A DNA stretch of 64,000 bases from Nitrosopumilus sp. (GCA_965206745.1 OZ242220.1:992001-1056000); one strand, 5' to 3'. Positions 48,601 to 59,077 are shown, counted from the stretch's first letter. Notes: generated from the letters alone by a model not told the origin. Numbers and translations are program-made.

Positions 48601-51600
48601 ACTATTAGAGTATCTATAGGGAACAAGTCAGGGGCGTCATGAGTAATGGCAACATCCGAGTCCACAATATCACTTGCAGTAGGATTACCTATATTCACAT
48701 CTGATAGTTGACCCGTAGCTTCTGCAACAATGCTGTCAGGGACTGTAATGGTTGGGTCCGTAGTGTCCCTAACTATGATTCTTTGTGTAGCAGTTACGGT
48801 ATTGTCTGCGCCATCCCTTGCAGTCCATGTCACCATTGTTTCACCCAGTGGGAAAGAGTCAGGTGCGTCATTGGTTGCATTGACCGAACCTAAATTGTCT
48901 GCAACTATGACAGTTCCAATATCTACACTAGTCTGTATACCTGTGGCTTCGATTACAACATCAGGTGGCAAGATAATCACCGGATCGGTGGTATCCTGTA
49001 TGGTAACTCTCAGTGTGGCAGTTGCAAAGTTGCCAGAGTCATCAGTTGCAATACATGTCACAATGGTTGTACCGACTGGGAACGAGTCAGGGGCGTCATG
49101 AGTAATGGCAACATCAGGGTCCACAATATCACTTGCAGTAGGACTGACAATGTCAAGTGAGGTTAATTGACCTGTAGCTTCGGCAGTAATGTCAATAGGA
49201 ACTGTAATGGTTGGGTTTGTAGTGTCCCTAACTGTGACTCTTTGGATGGCAGTTACGGTATTGTCTGCGCCATCCCTTGCAGTCCATGTCACCATTGTTT
49301 CACCCAGAGGGAAGGAAGATGGTGCGTCATGGGTTATAGTTGTAGAGGCAGTACCGCTTGTAACTGTTGCAGTTCCTATATCTACACTGGTCTGTATACC
49401 TGTAGCTTCGATTACAACATCAGGTGGCAAGACAAGCACAGGATCCACAGTATCCTGTATTATTATTTTCTGGGTATCAGTTGCAAAGTTGTCAGAGTCA
49501 TCAGTTGCAGTCCATGTTACCTCAGTTATGCCGACTGGAAACGAGTCAGGTGCGTCATGAGTAATGGTAACATCAGTGTCCACAATATCACTTGCAGTCG
49601 GACTGCCAATGTCAAGTGAGGTTAGTTGACCTGTAGCCTCGGCAGTAATGTCAATAGGAACTGTAATGGTTGGGTTTGTAGTGTCCCTAACTATGATTCT
49701 CTGGATGGCAGTCACGGTATTTTCTGCGCCATCCCTTGCAGTCCATGTCACCATTGTTTCACCCAGTGGGAAAGAGTCAGGTGCGTCATGAGTTGCATTG
49801 ACCAAACCTAAATTGTCTGAAACTGTGGCATTTCCAATATTTACGCTAGTCAGTGTGCCTGTGGCCTCGATCACAACATCAGGTGGCAAGACAAGCACAG
49901 GATCCACAGTATCCTGTATTATTATTTTCTGGGTATCAGTTGCAAAGTTGTCAGAGTCATCAGTTGCAGTATATGTTACCTCAGTTATGCCTACTGGAAA
50001 CAAATCTGGTGCGTCATGAGTAATGGTAACATCAGAGTCCACAACATCACTTGCAGTAGGACTACCAATATCCACACTAGTTAGAGCACCTATAGCTTCG
50101 GCAGTAACATCATCAGGCAGTGTGATGATTGGGGCAGTAGTGTCCCTAACTGTGACTCTTTGAATGGCAGTCACGGTATTGTCTGCGCCATCCCTTGCAG
50201 TCCATGTCACCATTGTTTCACCTAATGGGAAGGAAGCAGGTGCGTCATGAGTTGCATTTACCGAACCTAAATTGTCTGAAACTGTGGCAGTGCCTATATC
50301 CACATCAGACATTACACCTGTAGCCTCTGCCATAACATCAGGCGGCAAGACAAGCACAGGATTTGTAGTATCCCGTATGATGACTCTTTGTGTGGCAGTT
50401 ACAAAGTTATCAAAGTCATCAGTTGCAGTATATGTTATCAGAGTAATACCGACTGGGAAAGAGTCAGGGGCGTCATGAGTAATGGCAACATCAGGGTCCA
50501 CGATATCACTTGCAGTAGGACTGACAATGTCAAGTGAGGTTAGTTGGCCTGTAGCCTCGGCAGTAATGTCAATAGGAACTGTGATGGTTGGAGCAGTAGT
50601 GTCTTGAATCGTAACTGTCTGTATGCCTGTTACCATATTTTCAAAGCTGTCTCTGGCCATCCATGTCACAGAGGTATCACCTAGCGGGAAGAAAGCAGGT
50701 GCGTCATTAGTTATTGTCGAGTCAGTATCGTTTGCAACTGTGGCATTTCCAATATTTACGCTAGTCAGCGTACCTGTGGCCTCGATTACAACATCAGGCG
50801 GCAAGACAAGCATGGGGGCAACATAGTCGACCAAAACGGTTCCAACCCGCGCCATCTGATTTAAATCAGCATCAATGGCAGTGCAGGCGATGATGTGAGA
50901 GCCAACTGATAACAGATCACCGTTTGTTATGACAGTTCCACCTGCCATAATACACACAACATCAGGCTCTTGGGTGGGATGATTATCAGTCACCTGAACA
51001 AAGTCAGCACGAGTTCCAGTGGAACTATCAGCAGTCAGCACAGTTGCAAATGAGATCACTGGCGATGTTTTATCAGCGACATGGATACGAATGGAATCAT
51101 GACCTGTACGGTTGGATGATTTGCTCGTGAACCCAAGAGTCACTTCATAGGATTCATCAATTAGGGAATGCGGAGGGTTCCAGGTCAGCTGACCTCCATC
51201 TGAAAGCATCATTCCAGGATTTTCAACTCGACTACTATCTTGGTGTACATGTCTAATATTCCAAGACAGATCATCGGGGTCTGGCGTCCTGTCATCTAGC
51301 ATCAGATATTCTTTGGGTTGGCCTGATGTGAAGACAAATGGCAAGTTAGAATCAAATATGTATATCACCTCGATATCCCCCACATTAAACACGTGGACCA
51401 AAGATGTTTCGGCCCCATGAATGTCAGTTAGGATAATTTCAACTGTGACAGAAGTGTTACCATATGCCGGTCTAGAAGCAAATGTAAAGTATCCATCATC
51501 AGCCAAGAATGCCCCCACAATAGGATTTGCCAAACTCCATCTCACAGCATCGCCGTCAGGATCCGAACCTGTAAAAGTATGTGCTATACGCTGGTTTACC

Positions 51601-54080
51601 AAAATTTCTGAAGGAAGGGAGGTCGAGGGATCCATCACAGGTGCCCGATTATCGATATTTACCGTAATTGTGGCAGTCTGTTCATCTGATATTCCAGAGC
51701 CATCCTGATACGTCCAACCAAACTCAAAGACTGCAGAGCTTGGCGTGCCAGTTACCGTGTCAAATGGAATGGTGCCTCTAAACGTACCATTGGTTGCATA
51801 TAGGGAATCGATGATGTCTTGGGTCAGGTTGCCAGATACTATTGTATAGTCAGATATGAGGTCTGGTGGATCCTCAAGGGGGTTTGTAACCACTGTAGAC
51901 AGAGAAGGGAGGGATTGGCCCTCTTGTACTGTCTGGACATATGCATCAAAGGTCGGAGGCATGTTTGTGCTGACACCGACTATAATGGTTCCAGATAGCA
52001 CTGCCTCATTTAGCGATGGATCAGTGGCAGTACAGGTAACAAAAGTAGCGCCAACAGACAGCAGATGGCCGTTTGCTATACTAGTGCCGTTCTCCCGAGT
52101 GCATGCAACATCTGGTTCTTGATTTTGGTCATTGTCAGTTACTTGAACAAACTCAGCACTAGTTCCAGTGGAATTGTCAGTTATCAGCAAAGTGACAAAT
52201 GAGATTACCGGTTTTATATCATCAACCACTGCAACATCCAGAGTGTCCATTCCGGTCATCTCATCTGTCCTATCTGTCACTCTAACTTCCACCTCATATG
52301 ATTGGCCAATCAGGGAATGCGGAGGGTTCCAGGTCAGTTGACCGTCATTTGAAATTCCCACTCCTGGATTTTCAACCGCATCACCAGACTGGAGAATTCG
52401 GAGGATCTCCCAATCCAGATTGTCTGGATCAACATCAGGGACGGCCATAACATACTCAGTGGACTGGCCTGATGGGAAATCAAGCGGCACCCCATCACCT
52501 GCCAGAATGCTCAGGGCATCAAACTTTGCTATATCAAATACATGAACCAAGGGCAGGGACTGTGCCCCGGTAATGTCAGTTAGCAAAAATTCAAACGTGA
52601 TGCTGGTACTGCCATGCTCAGGTATCGGGGTAAATGTGAATTCCCCAGTCTCTGCAGCAATCTTTGCACCATCAACTGAAGATGCTATGCTCCACAGTAT
52701 GACATCCCCGTCAGGATCCGAGCCCTTCAAATCAAATGATACAGGCTCATTTATTGAAAGTTCTGTTGCAGGGACAGTGTCTGGAATGGGATCAATCACA
52801 GGGATTCTATTTGTGTGGTTTACTGTTATTGTGCCACTCTGTTCATCGGACTCCCTGGTGCCATCCTCAAAGGTCCAACCAAATGCAAAGGTCAGGGAGT
52901 TTTGCAAGCTAGATACAGTATCAAATGGAACAGGTGTTGAGAATCTGCCAGTTGTAAAATTCAGGGAATCTGTCATGGCATCTGTCAGATTTCCGGATTT
53001 GATTCGGTATATTGACACATGATCGGGCGGATCCTCAAGTGGGTTTGTAACTACTGTAAAGAGGGCAGGCATTGTCGCATTTTCAGATACCGTTTGGCTG
53101 TATACATCAAATGTTGGCAATACATTCGAGATTACTTCAAATGTATGGGATACAGTTTCAGATAGGTTGCCAGAATCAGTCAAGACAAAGTCAATTGTAA
53201 TAGAGGCATTTACATGCTCAAGTCTCGGAGTAAATGTGAATGCCCCAGTCTCTGCATTGAGCGTTGTGCCCTCAACTAAAGGAGTCATGCTCCATAGTGA
53301 GACATCCCCATCAGGATCCGAGCCCTTCAAATCAAATGACACATGCTCGTTTATCGAAGGTGTTCTGGTAACAGCATCTGGAATAGGCTCTATTACTGGA
53401 GGTCGGTTGACATTGCGTACCTGTATAGAACTCGTAATATTCTCATGCATCACGTCGCCGTTCTCATATGACCAAATAAATTCAAATTTTTTGCGGCCTT
53501 GCTCAATGTTTGTCGTATCAAACGGAAAAGATGCTGAGAATTCGCCGGTTCTTGGATTCAGAGAATCTATGATGCTTTGAGACAGATTGCCAGATGTGAT
53601 GGTATATGTGGACTGGGATTGATCTGAAGATGAGTGTCTAACCACGGTAAAAAGACTCGGAATGGTTCTATTCTCAAACACCATTTTGCTGTATTCATCA
53701 ATGAGTGCCAGCTCCGGTACGTTCTCATCTATAATCAGATCAAAGTTTCTTACAGCAAAATTACCTCCTTGAGCGTATAAAATTACAACGACAGAACACC
53801 TCTTGCCTAGATCTGAACTAGTCGGTATCCACTGAAACAGCCCAGTATCATCAATGTTCTCAGAATTTACAGCACAGTTCTCACTTGAAACGCTCCAAAT
53901 ATTGCCCAGAGGATCGCCACTAGAAGTAAATTGAAATGAAACTTGGCTTGTTATGGAATGCGTCCTGTCAGACTCTGTAAATTGGGATGGAGGTATTATG
54001 GATACGGAACTTTGGGCAAAGGCTGGAATAACAGCAAAAGAGAAGATGAGACATATTGCAATCATATGTACTCTTTTCAT
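45687..54080 (-). CDS. Giant (~2800 aa) secreted surface protein: triplicated cadherin-like modules, ~20 HYR-like repeats and a unique C-terminal beta-sandwich-like domain
   Basis: Signal peptide (start probably MKRVHM at 54080); three NRxPV...GSDPDGD modules; 76-77 aa repeats; C-terminal ...FLIDNFYLG domain. Confidence 0.88.
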   Translation of the reverse strand: MKRVHMIAICLIFSFAVIPAFAQSSVSIIPPSQFTESDRTHSITSQVSFQFTSSGDPLGNIWSVSSENCAVNSENIDDTGLFQWIPTSSDLGKRCSVVVILYAQGGNFAVRNFDLIIDENVPELALIDEYSKMVFENRTIPSLFTVVRHSSSDQSQSTYTITSGNLSQSIIDSLNPRTGEFSASFPFDTTNIEQGRKKFEFIWSYENGDVMHENITSSIQVRNVNRPPVIEPIPDAVTRTPSINEHVSFDLKGSDPDGDVSLWSMTPLVEGTTLNAETGAFTFTPRLEHVNASITIDFVLTDSGNLSETVSHTFEVISNVLPTFDVYSQTVSENATMPALFTVVTNPLEDPPDHVSIYRIKSGNLTDAMTDSLNFTTGRFSTPVPFDTVSSLQNSLTFAFGWTFEDGTRESDEQSGTITVNHTNRIPVIDPIPDTVPATELSINEPVSFDLKGSDPDGDVILWSIASSVDGAKIAAETGEFTFTPIPEHGSTSITFEFLLTDITGAQSLPLVHVFDIAKFDALSILAGDGVPLDFPSGQSTEYVMAVPDVDPDNLDWEILRILQSGDAVENPGVGISNDGQLTWNPPHSLIGQSYEVEVRVTDRTDEMTGMDTLDVAVVDDIKPVISFVTLLITDNSTGTSAEFVQVTDNDQNQEPDVACTRENGTSIANGHLLSVGATFVTCTATDPSLNEAVLSGTIIVGVSTNMPPTFDAYVQTVQEGQSLPSLSTVVTNPLEDPPDLISDYTIVSGNLTQDIIDSLYATNGTFRGTIPFDTVTGTPSSAVFEFGWTYQDGSGISDEQTATITVNIDNRAPVMDPSTSLPSEILVNQRIAHTFTGSDPDGDAVRWSLANPIVGAFLADDGYFTFASRPAYGNTSVTVEIILTDIHGAETSLVHVFNVGDIEVIYIFDSNLPFVFTSGQPKEYLMLDDRTPDPDDLSWNIRHVHQDSSRVENPGMMLSDGGQLTWNPPHSLIDESYEVTLGFTSKSSNRTGHDSIRIHVADKTSPVISFATVLTADSSTGTRADFVQVTDNHPTQEPDVVCIMAGGTVITNGDLLSVGSHIIACTAIDADLNQMARVGTVLVDYVAPMLVLPPDVVIEATGTLTSVNIGNATVANDTDSTITNDAPAFFPLGDTSVTWMARDSFENMVTGIQTVTIQDTTAPTITVPIDITAEATGQLTSLDIVSPTASDIVDPDVAITHDAPDSFPVGITLITYTATDDFDNFVTATQRVIIRDTTNPVLVLPPDVMAEATGVMSDVDIGTATVSDNLGSVNATHDAPASFPLGETMVTWTARDGADNTVTAIQRVTVRDTTAPIITLPDDVTAEAIGALTSVDIGSPTASDVVDSDVTITHDAPDLFPVGITEVTYTATDDSDNFATDTQKIIIQDTVDPVLVLPPDVVIEATGTLTSVNIGNATVSDNLGLVNATHDAPDSFPLGETMVTWTARDGAENTVTAIQRIIVRDTTNPTITVPIDITAEATGQLTSLDIGSPTASDIVDTDVTITHDAPDSFPVGITEVTWTATDDSDNFATDTQKIIIQDTVDPVLVLPPDVVIEATGIQTSVDIGTATVTSGTASTTITHDAPSSFPLGETMVTWTARDGADNTVTAIQRVTVRDTTNPTITVPIDITAEATGQLTSLDIVSPTASDIVDPDVAITHDAPDSFPVGTTIVTCIATDDSGNFATATLRVTIQDTTDPVIILPPDVVIEATGIQTSVDIGTVIVADNLGSVNATNDAPDSFPLGETMVTWTARDGADNTVTATQRIIVRDTTDPTITVPDSIVAEATGQLSDVNIGNPTASDIVDSDVAITHDAPDLFPIDTLIVTYTATDDSGNSATAIQRVTIQDTTKPVIVAPDDISLEVTGLLSMIQLGTATATDTVDATPVITSDAPTSFLVGTTIVTYTATDDSGNFATDTQKIIIQDTTDPVLVLPSDIIIEASGIQTSVNIGTATVTDNAGSITATNDAPDSFPLGETMVTWTARDGADNTVTAIQRVTVRDTTDPIIAIPHNIIAEATGTLTSLDIGSPSARDIVDTDVAITHDAPDSFPVGMTLITYTATDDSGNIVTATQRVTIRDITDPILDLPPDVTTEATGILTSVDIGTATVTDNVDSINATNDAPDSFPLGETMVTWTARDGADNTVTAIQRVTVRDTTNPTITVPIDITAEATGQLTPLDIGSPTARDIVDSDVAIIHDAPDSFPVGTTIVTCIATDDSGNFVTATQRVTIRDTTKPVIVAPDDISLEVTGLLSMIQLGTATATDTVDATPVITSDAPTSFLAGTTTVTWTATDDSDNFATDTQKIIIQDTTNPVLVLPSDIIIEATGILTSVNIGTAAVTDNTDSVNATNDAPDSFPLGETIVTWSARDGAENTVTAIQRVTVRDTTNPIIAVPHNIIAEATGQLTPLDIGSPAARDIVDTDVAITHDAPDSFPVGMTLITYTATDDSGNFVTATQRVTIRDITDPILDLPPDVTTEATGILTSVDIGTATVTDNVDSVNATNDAPDSFPLGETIVTWTARDSLGNTASATQSIMIQDTTNPVFVNFPDDVMVFSAERIPVDFENSTATDLFTVTILCNYHSGESFSVGSTTVICTATDANHNSVQDTFTVTVTPPEFESIIDAFENKGSWNYFEFVHKSDRQNTFSNYKFKIINSSPIYDPHLPYALVTGQGFNINAGITRNISLENYSSDDLLYIGVDYDVSGLFYDLRRQNIYLEIKDQSGNTLYKNNIYPPNNRHAGWHTFNTDISEHIFRQDDITVQLYFVDHSYQSSHHSFLIDNFYLGTDPPTSISSNLG

Positions 54081-54482
54081 AAAAAGTACTAAAATCTTCA
54101 ATAATATAACCTATTTTAAATTTAAAATTTAAAATTTTCAATTTATCGTTCAAAAATGTGGAATTTTTTTTAGAGCCAATGGCAGTCTATTTTGAGTCTC
54201 GATTCTGCCAATCAAACCACTCTGCATCACCCTTCCCTTACCTGATATCACGATTATCATGGTTTAGGGCAAAACTTGAATTTCAGATAAGAGTATCTCG
54301 TTTTGCCATATGGTCGATTCAAGACAAATGTGATCAAGAATTCCATCCCCGAACGTGATCCTTGTTTGAAATTCCACCTGTTTTTTGCATACTGTATACC
54401 CATGGCAGAATCCCCATCAAAATCCAGCAGAACAGATACATCCTTCCAAATCATGCAACAGCATCAGATGTATCCTGAAAAA

Positions 54483-57143
54483 CTAGTCGGGTCCAAATGC
54501 CAAAAAGAACTCCTTTGCGCCATTTTTGGATAGTTCCTTATTTTTTGTCTGGCAGTAGTTTGTGATGAATGTGCATTTTGGACACCCGCCCCAGTTCTTC
54601 TCATCTCCCTGACTTTTGTCAGTCGGACAGTCGCAGTCACTTACAAGCAAGCGGCCAGTATCCAGTATTTTTTCAAATTCATCATGGATTATTTTACTGC
54701 ACCCGTTAAACCCGTCCGATGAGTTGTCATAAATGTAGATCACCCCTTTTTCATAATACACATCAATGTCACCGGACTCTGCCTTTGTCAGAATCTTACT
54801 TGCATTGACTAGAACGTGCGATATGGTGTGGACCGAGGGATCACTGACTATCGGACTCTTTGAGTCAAAAGCGTGTTTTGAGACAAATTCCGGAGGGAGT
54901 GTTATACCAACTGCAGAGTGCCTTGACTTCCAATGAAAGTTTCGCCATCCCGATATGCTGGCACCATCATACATCTGATATTTCTCCACAGTCTCATTAT
55001 AATTCCCCTTCATGTAGCCTGTAATGGTCCTGTCAAGTGAGATTGTCCCATAGCGCAGGGATATCTGCCTTCCCCGGACATTAATCTCCCGGCACACTGC
55101 TTGGGATGTCTGAATGATTGCAGTCTGGACTATGGGGATTGTTCTCTTTTGTCTTTCGTGTGATTTTACAAGATACGCCCTTGCGCCATTTTTGGATTTT
55201 ATCAGCGAGCTTACCTCATAGTTTTGCTTGTTAAAGTGGTAGATTGCCTTCTGGTGCAGTTGATAGTACCCCACAGGGACTCCACGGGTACCAATCTTTC
55301 TCGAGTTATAATAAATTTGAATCTCATCTGATGCTCCTCTCAAATTGACACTGCCTGCAAAATCAAAGAATAGTGATTTGTCTGACTCGCAGGCAGCACG
55401 GTCTTCAACACCTATTGACTCTTTGTGTTTCTCAGAGATGATCGAATTGTCCTTGTTAATTGAAATGACATGGTCCTGTGAGAGATATTCGTCAATGTGG
55501 CGTGCAAAGTAGTGGCATGCCGCATCGTCTGGATCAAAGACGCAGATGGCATAGGATCTCTGACCCTTTCTTCCTGCCCTGCCTATCCTCTGGATAAAGG
55601 AGTCAAACTCATTTTTGAATGCAGAGATCACCACATCCACGTGCCCTATGTCTATTCCCAACTCCATAGTCGGCGTGCATGATAGGACATCTAGCTCGCC
55701 TGCCTTCATCTGGGATTCGCACAGCTTTCTGTCCCTCTGATCAAGGCCGCCCCTGTGAATCTGAACCCGGATTCCCCCGTTTGTTTCTTGAAGATTTGAT
55801 GCCAAAAACTCTGCATCATTGTGGGAGTTGCTAAAGACCAGCTGTACAGAATCGCTCCTGTGACAGATTGATGAGAGCATCTCCATCGTGGTCCTCTGCT
55901 TGAATTTTCTGGGCATCACAAAGAGCATGTGCATGTCCTGTTTTCGCCTGAACTTGCTTTTGATGTATGTAAATGAGCTTTCAGGCAGATCAAACATGCT
56001 TGAGAAGAACTCTTTAGAGTTATCCAGCGTGGCAGACGAGCCGACAAACTGAACTGCACCCATGTATCTCTTCATCCTTTTTAGCACGTGGTACACGTTT
56101 GAACCATGAAAACTCGTGTAGGAATGTGCCTCATCCATCACCATAATCTTTGCACCCTTGAATAGTTCATTCCATTTTCTGTCCTGCAAAATCAGGTGAT
56201 AGTTGATAAAATCAAAATTCGTTGCGATGATCAGGGACTTTTGACTCGCATCAGAGAGTATCATGTCCTTGTATTGCACACTCTGACCGCCGTGAATCGA
56301 ATACACTGCAACCTTGTCAGACAGATTGCATCTTTGAATCAGCTCTGAGATCTTTGACACCTGGTCGTCAATTAGCGCATTTAGTGGATACACAAGTAAT
56401 GCAGAGACGCCAACATCAGTGTTCTCTGAGACCTTTTGCAGTATTGGGATTGCAAACGCCTCAGTTTTTCCAGAACCGGTAGGTGCTGAGATTATGGAAT
56501 TCTCTCCCTTTAGAATCGCCCTCACTGACTCTTCCTGAAATGGCAGCAGTCCTGCAAACCCGTACTCTTTCAACCCATGGATGATATTCTCAGATAGCAC
56601 GTCACTTAGAGACTCAAGTGGGATCTTTTCAGATTCTGATGCGACCAATTTTTCATAGTGAATCAGCGCAAGGGATTCCTCCTTGTGTCCTTGAATGATT
56701 TCCCGGATTATCGGGTCATCATCAGTTAAGGATTTTGGAATTTTGGAGACATCATACATGATGCTTGCAGGCAATGGAACTTTCTCTTCAGGTTCCTTTG
56801 GAACGGGTTCTGTATTTTCAGTCTCATCAGGACGGTACAGGGAGTCTGACTGAGTTGGACCGTCACACCTGTGGGGCTCATCAGTCCTTGAATCTATCGG
56901 GATGAATTTTCCGCTGTCGGATTTGAATACCTCATCCCAGTAAATCTCTGCCCCGCAGCCCTTGAAGCACTGCTTTGTCTTTCCAGAATGATTCAGGGCA
57001 TAGGATGGCATCTTTGAGAGGATCTTGTCAGGATTACACTTGGGACAGACCCCCGGACCTGCTACATCCTCATGGCTTTGCACCAGCCTAGAATCACAGT
57101 CAGAACAAAACTTCATGAATGAACTTTTAGACGAAACTGCCAT
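54483..57143 (-). CDS. SF2 DEAH helicase with C-terminal DUF1998-like Zn motif (Hrq1/SftH-like) and N-terminal zinc ribbons
   Basis: APTGSGKT, YPLNAL, DEAH, SAT, MELGIDIG and QRIGRAGR motifs; CDC...GCPKC at the C-terminus. Confidence 0.88.
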   Translation of the reverse strand: MAVSSKSSFMKFCSDCDSRLVQSHEDVAGPGVCPKCNPDKILSKMPSYALNHSGKTKQCFKGCGAEIYWDEVFKSDSGKFIPIDSRTDEPHRCDGPTQSDSLYRPDETENTEPVPKEPEEKVPLPASIMYDVSKIPKSLTDDDPIIREIIQGHKEESLALIHYEKLVASESEKIPLESLSDVLSENIIHGLKEYGFAGLLPFQEESVRAILKGENSIISAPTGSGKTEAFAIPILQKVSENTDVGVSALLVYPLNALIDDQVSKISELIQRCNLSDKVAVYSIHGGQSVQYKDMILSDASQKSLIIATNFDFINYHLILQDRKWNELFKGAKIMVMDEAHSYTSFHGSNVYHVLKRMKRYMGAVQFVGSSATLDNSKEFFSSMFDLPESSFTYIKSKFRRKQDMHMLFVMPRKFKQRTTMEMLSSICHRSDSVQLVFSNSHNDAEFLASNLQETNGGIRVQIHRGGLDQRDRKLCESQMKAGELDVLSCTPTMELGIDIGHVDVVISAFKNEFDSFIQRIGRAGRKGQRSYAICVFDPDDAACHYFARHIDEYLSQDHVISINKDNSIISEKHKESIGVEDRAACESDKSLFFDFAGSVNLRGASDEIQIYYNSRKIGTRGVPVGYYQLHQKAIYHFNKQNYEVSSLIKSKNGARAYLVKSHERQKRTIPIVQTAIIQTSQAVCREINVRGRQISLRYGTISLDRTITGYMKGNYNETVEKYQMYDGASISGWRNFHWKSRHSAVGITLPPEFVSKHAFDSKSPIVSDPSVHTISHVLVNASKILTKAESGDIDVYYEKGVIYIYDNSSDGFNGCSKIIHDEFEKILDTGRLLVSDCDCPTDKSQGDEKNWGGCPKCTFITNYCQTKNKELSKNGAKEFFLAFGPD

Positions 57144-57353
57144 TAATGAACATACGATATTCTATGATTACCCAGTGTGCAGATTATCAGACACACTTAA
57201 GACAACGTTTTGGGCATGAGAGTCATGGGATGGAAGAGAACCTTGAGTAAGTTTTGCATCATTAAAAAGGTCCGAGACAGGGCAGACGAGCCTGACTCGA
57301 AATAGTTCCAAGTCAATTGAAAAATTATTAATCAATCCAGCCTAGTTCTGACT

Positions 57354-57761
57354 ATGCCCCTAGATAAGATGCCCGATCCCGATGAATTCATTCCGACTCA
57401 CAACTCTAGGGTTTTGCACGTAAAGGGGAGTCCCGTAGCATGCATAATTGACAGCCAGAATGATTCAAGATATGCATCATTGTCCAACGATCCATCCCTG
57501 AGGGCAAGCTTGACTGGATTTTTGAACAAGCATGACGATCTGGGCTTGCTGATGGGATTCCAGTTAAAGATACAGACAGATACAGAGCACTTTGCCTATA
57601 CTATATATCCTGACGAGCAGTTTATCGATACCGTGATTTTTGATGAGGCAATTCACATCATCAATGATTCCATGGAGAGTCTCTTCTCGCTGAGAAGGAT
57701 CATAACGGATCAATTTGTAAAGACAAGATCAGAGTTTGAAAAGTTCAAAAAGGCACTCTAA
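57354..57761 (+). CDS. Hypothetical protein
   Basis: 135-aa ORF upstream of the nuclease. Confidence 0.65.
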   Translation: MPLDKMPDPDEFIPTHNSRVLHVKGSPVACIIDSQNDSRYASLSNDPSLRASLTGFLNKHDDLGLLMGFQLKIQTDTEHFAYTIYPDEQFIDTVIFDEAIHIINDSMESLFSLRRIITDQFVKTRSEFEKFKKAL

Positions 57762-57801
57762 TTCCAAATCATTCAATAACCACCAGAACTAAAAACTTTC
57801 A

Positions 57802-58467
57802 ATGTCAAGTTTTGCACAGATGCTAAGGGCTCGAGAGCCGACACTGTTGGATAGGGAGGATGGGCACTGGTATCAGACCAAGTCTGATAAAATCTATCCT
57901 TCAATTAGCACCGTTCTCTCTGCAACGGCCCCCGAACACAAGAAGGTCGGACTGCAGTCATGGAAAGAGAGCGAGCCGGCCCACAAATACATCACAAATC
58001 AGGCCCAGGATATAGGCATGCAGTCCCACAAAATCATAGAAGACTATCTCAATGACAGCCTGTCTTTGGATGGATTTGACTTGCTGCCCATTGCCCATTT
58101 TAATAATTTAAAACCATATCTTGAAAAGGTCTCAGAGGTGGCATGCATTGAACAGAGAATGTATTCAGAGAGGCTCAGGGTTGCAGGAACCAGCGACCTG
58201 ATTGCAAAGTATGACGGGGAGCTATCCATCATAGATTACAAGACAAAGCGCAAGCCCCAGATTGACAGATACATGCACGAGTATTACATGCAAACTACAT
58301 GCTATGCGCACATGTTTGAGGAGGCAACGAATCAAAAGATCAGCCAGATAGTGATTCTAGTCAGCAGTGAGAAAAACACAAGGCAGGAATTCATCAAGAC
58401 ATGCGATGAATATGTCAAACCCATGATGGAGCGGGTTGAGGGATACTATCTGAACAACCTGCAATAG
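57802..58467 (+). CDS. PD-(D/E)XK exonuclease (MGME1/phage exonuclease-like)
   Basis: YPSISTVL, G..SH.IIE.YL, AGTSD, IIDYKT and QxxxY motifs. Confidence 0.85.
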   Translation: MSSFAQMLRAREPTLLDREDGHWYQTKSDKIYPSISTVLSATAPEHKKVGLQSWKESEPAHKYITNQAQDIGMQSHKIIEDYLNDSLSLDGFDLLPIAHFNNLKPYLEKVSEVACIEQRMYSERLRVAGTSDLIAKYDGELSIIDYKTKRKPQIDRYMHEYYMQTTCYAHMFEEATNQKISQIVILVSSEKNTRQEFIKTCDEYVKPMMERVEGYYLNNLQ

Positions 58468-58726
58468 ATCAAAGAAAAGCATCGATTTGCCCAAAATCCC
58501 AGGCATGTTTCCAAGTCGCAGACCAAATCACAGATGTATCGAGGATTCCACTTCCTTGCATCCATAGATTACGCATCAAAATGCAAGGAGACAGATTAAA
58601 GATATCAGGGACAGGAACTGTTGCAAGACCAGAGACAGGAGGACACTGCAGGAGATGTACTGGCAATGAAGAAATTTGGCAATATCACTTGAAGGCAGTC
58701 ATATTTTATCGAGTCAATTCAGGGTC

Positions 58727-59077
58727 TTATTCATTCCAAATTGCCTGGGTTTTCAGCCATGCAATGAGGTCTTGGTAGAGTCTGCTTTTTTGCATGTCCA
58801 GTATCCCGATTTCAAGGTTAGTCGAGGATTTTACCGTCTTTGTATATTTCTCATAAACTGCAAAAATTACTTTGTCAAGAAACATCTCATTTTGCATCTC
58901 CTTTTTTGCCAATTCCTCAGATTCAGTCATTGCAAAGCTTGCAAAGAGTACCCCATCCACCCAATACGCATTGGCAGCTTCCAATGAGGACATCATGGCG
59001 ATAAGATCGTCTATGCTTAGCTTTATCATGTCTCGGACATAGATCCTCTCATATGGCCGGTGGACAAACTCTGTCAT
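58727..59077 (-). CDS. Hypothetical protein
   Basis: ORF from MTEFVHRPYERIYVRD, with YWVDGVLF. Confidence 0.7.
   Translation of the reverse strand: MTEFVHRPYERIYVRDMIKLSIDDLIAMMSSLEAANAYWVDGVLFASFAMTESEELAKKEMQNEMFLDKVIFAVYEKYTKTVKSSTNLEIGILDMQKSRLYQDLIAWLKTQAIWNE

Noticed and set aside
3113-54101. Diversity-generating retroelement acting on the adhesins or S-layer
   Set aside because: No reverse transcriptase and no template/variable repeat pair with adenine-specific differences was seen.
54105-54150. Palindromic TTTTAAATTTAAAA upstream of the giant protein as an operator
   Set aside because: Pure A/T low complexity; cannot be distinguished from promoter background.
57802-58467. Cas4
   Set aside because: Lacks the four-Cys Fe-S arrangement and CRISPR context; fits a stand-alone exonuclease.
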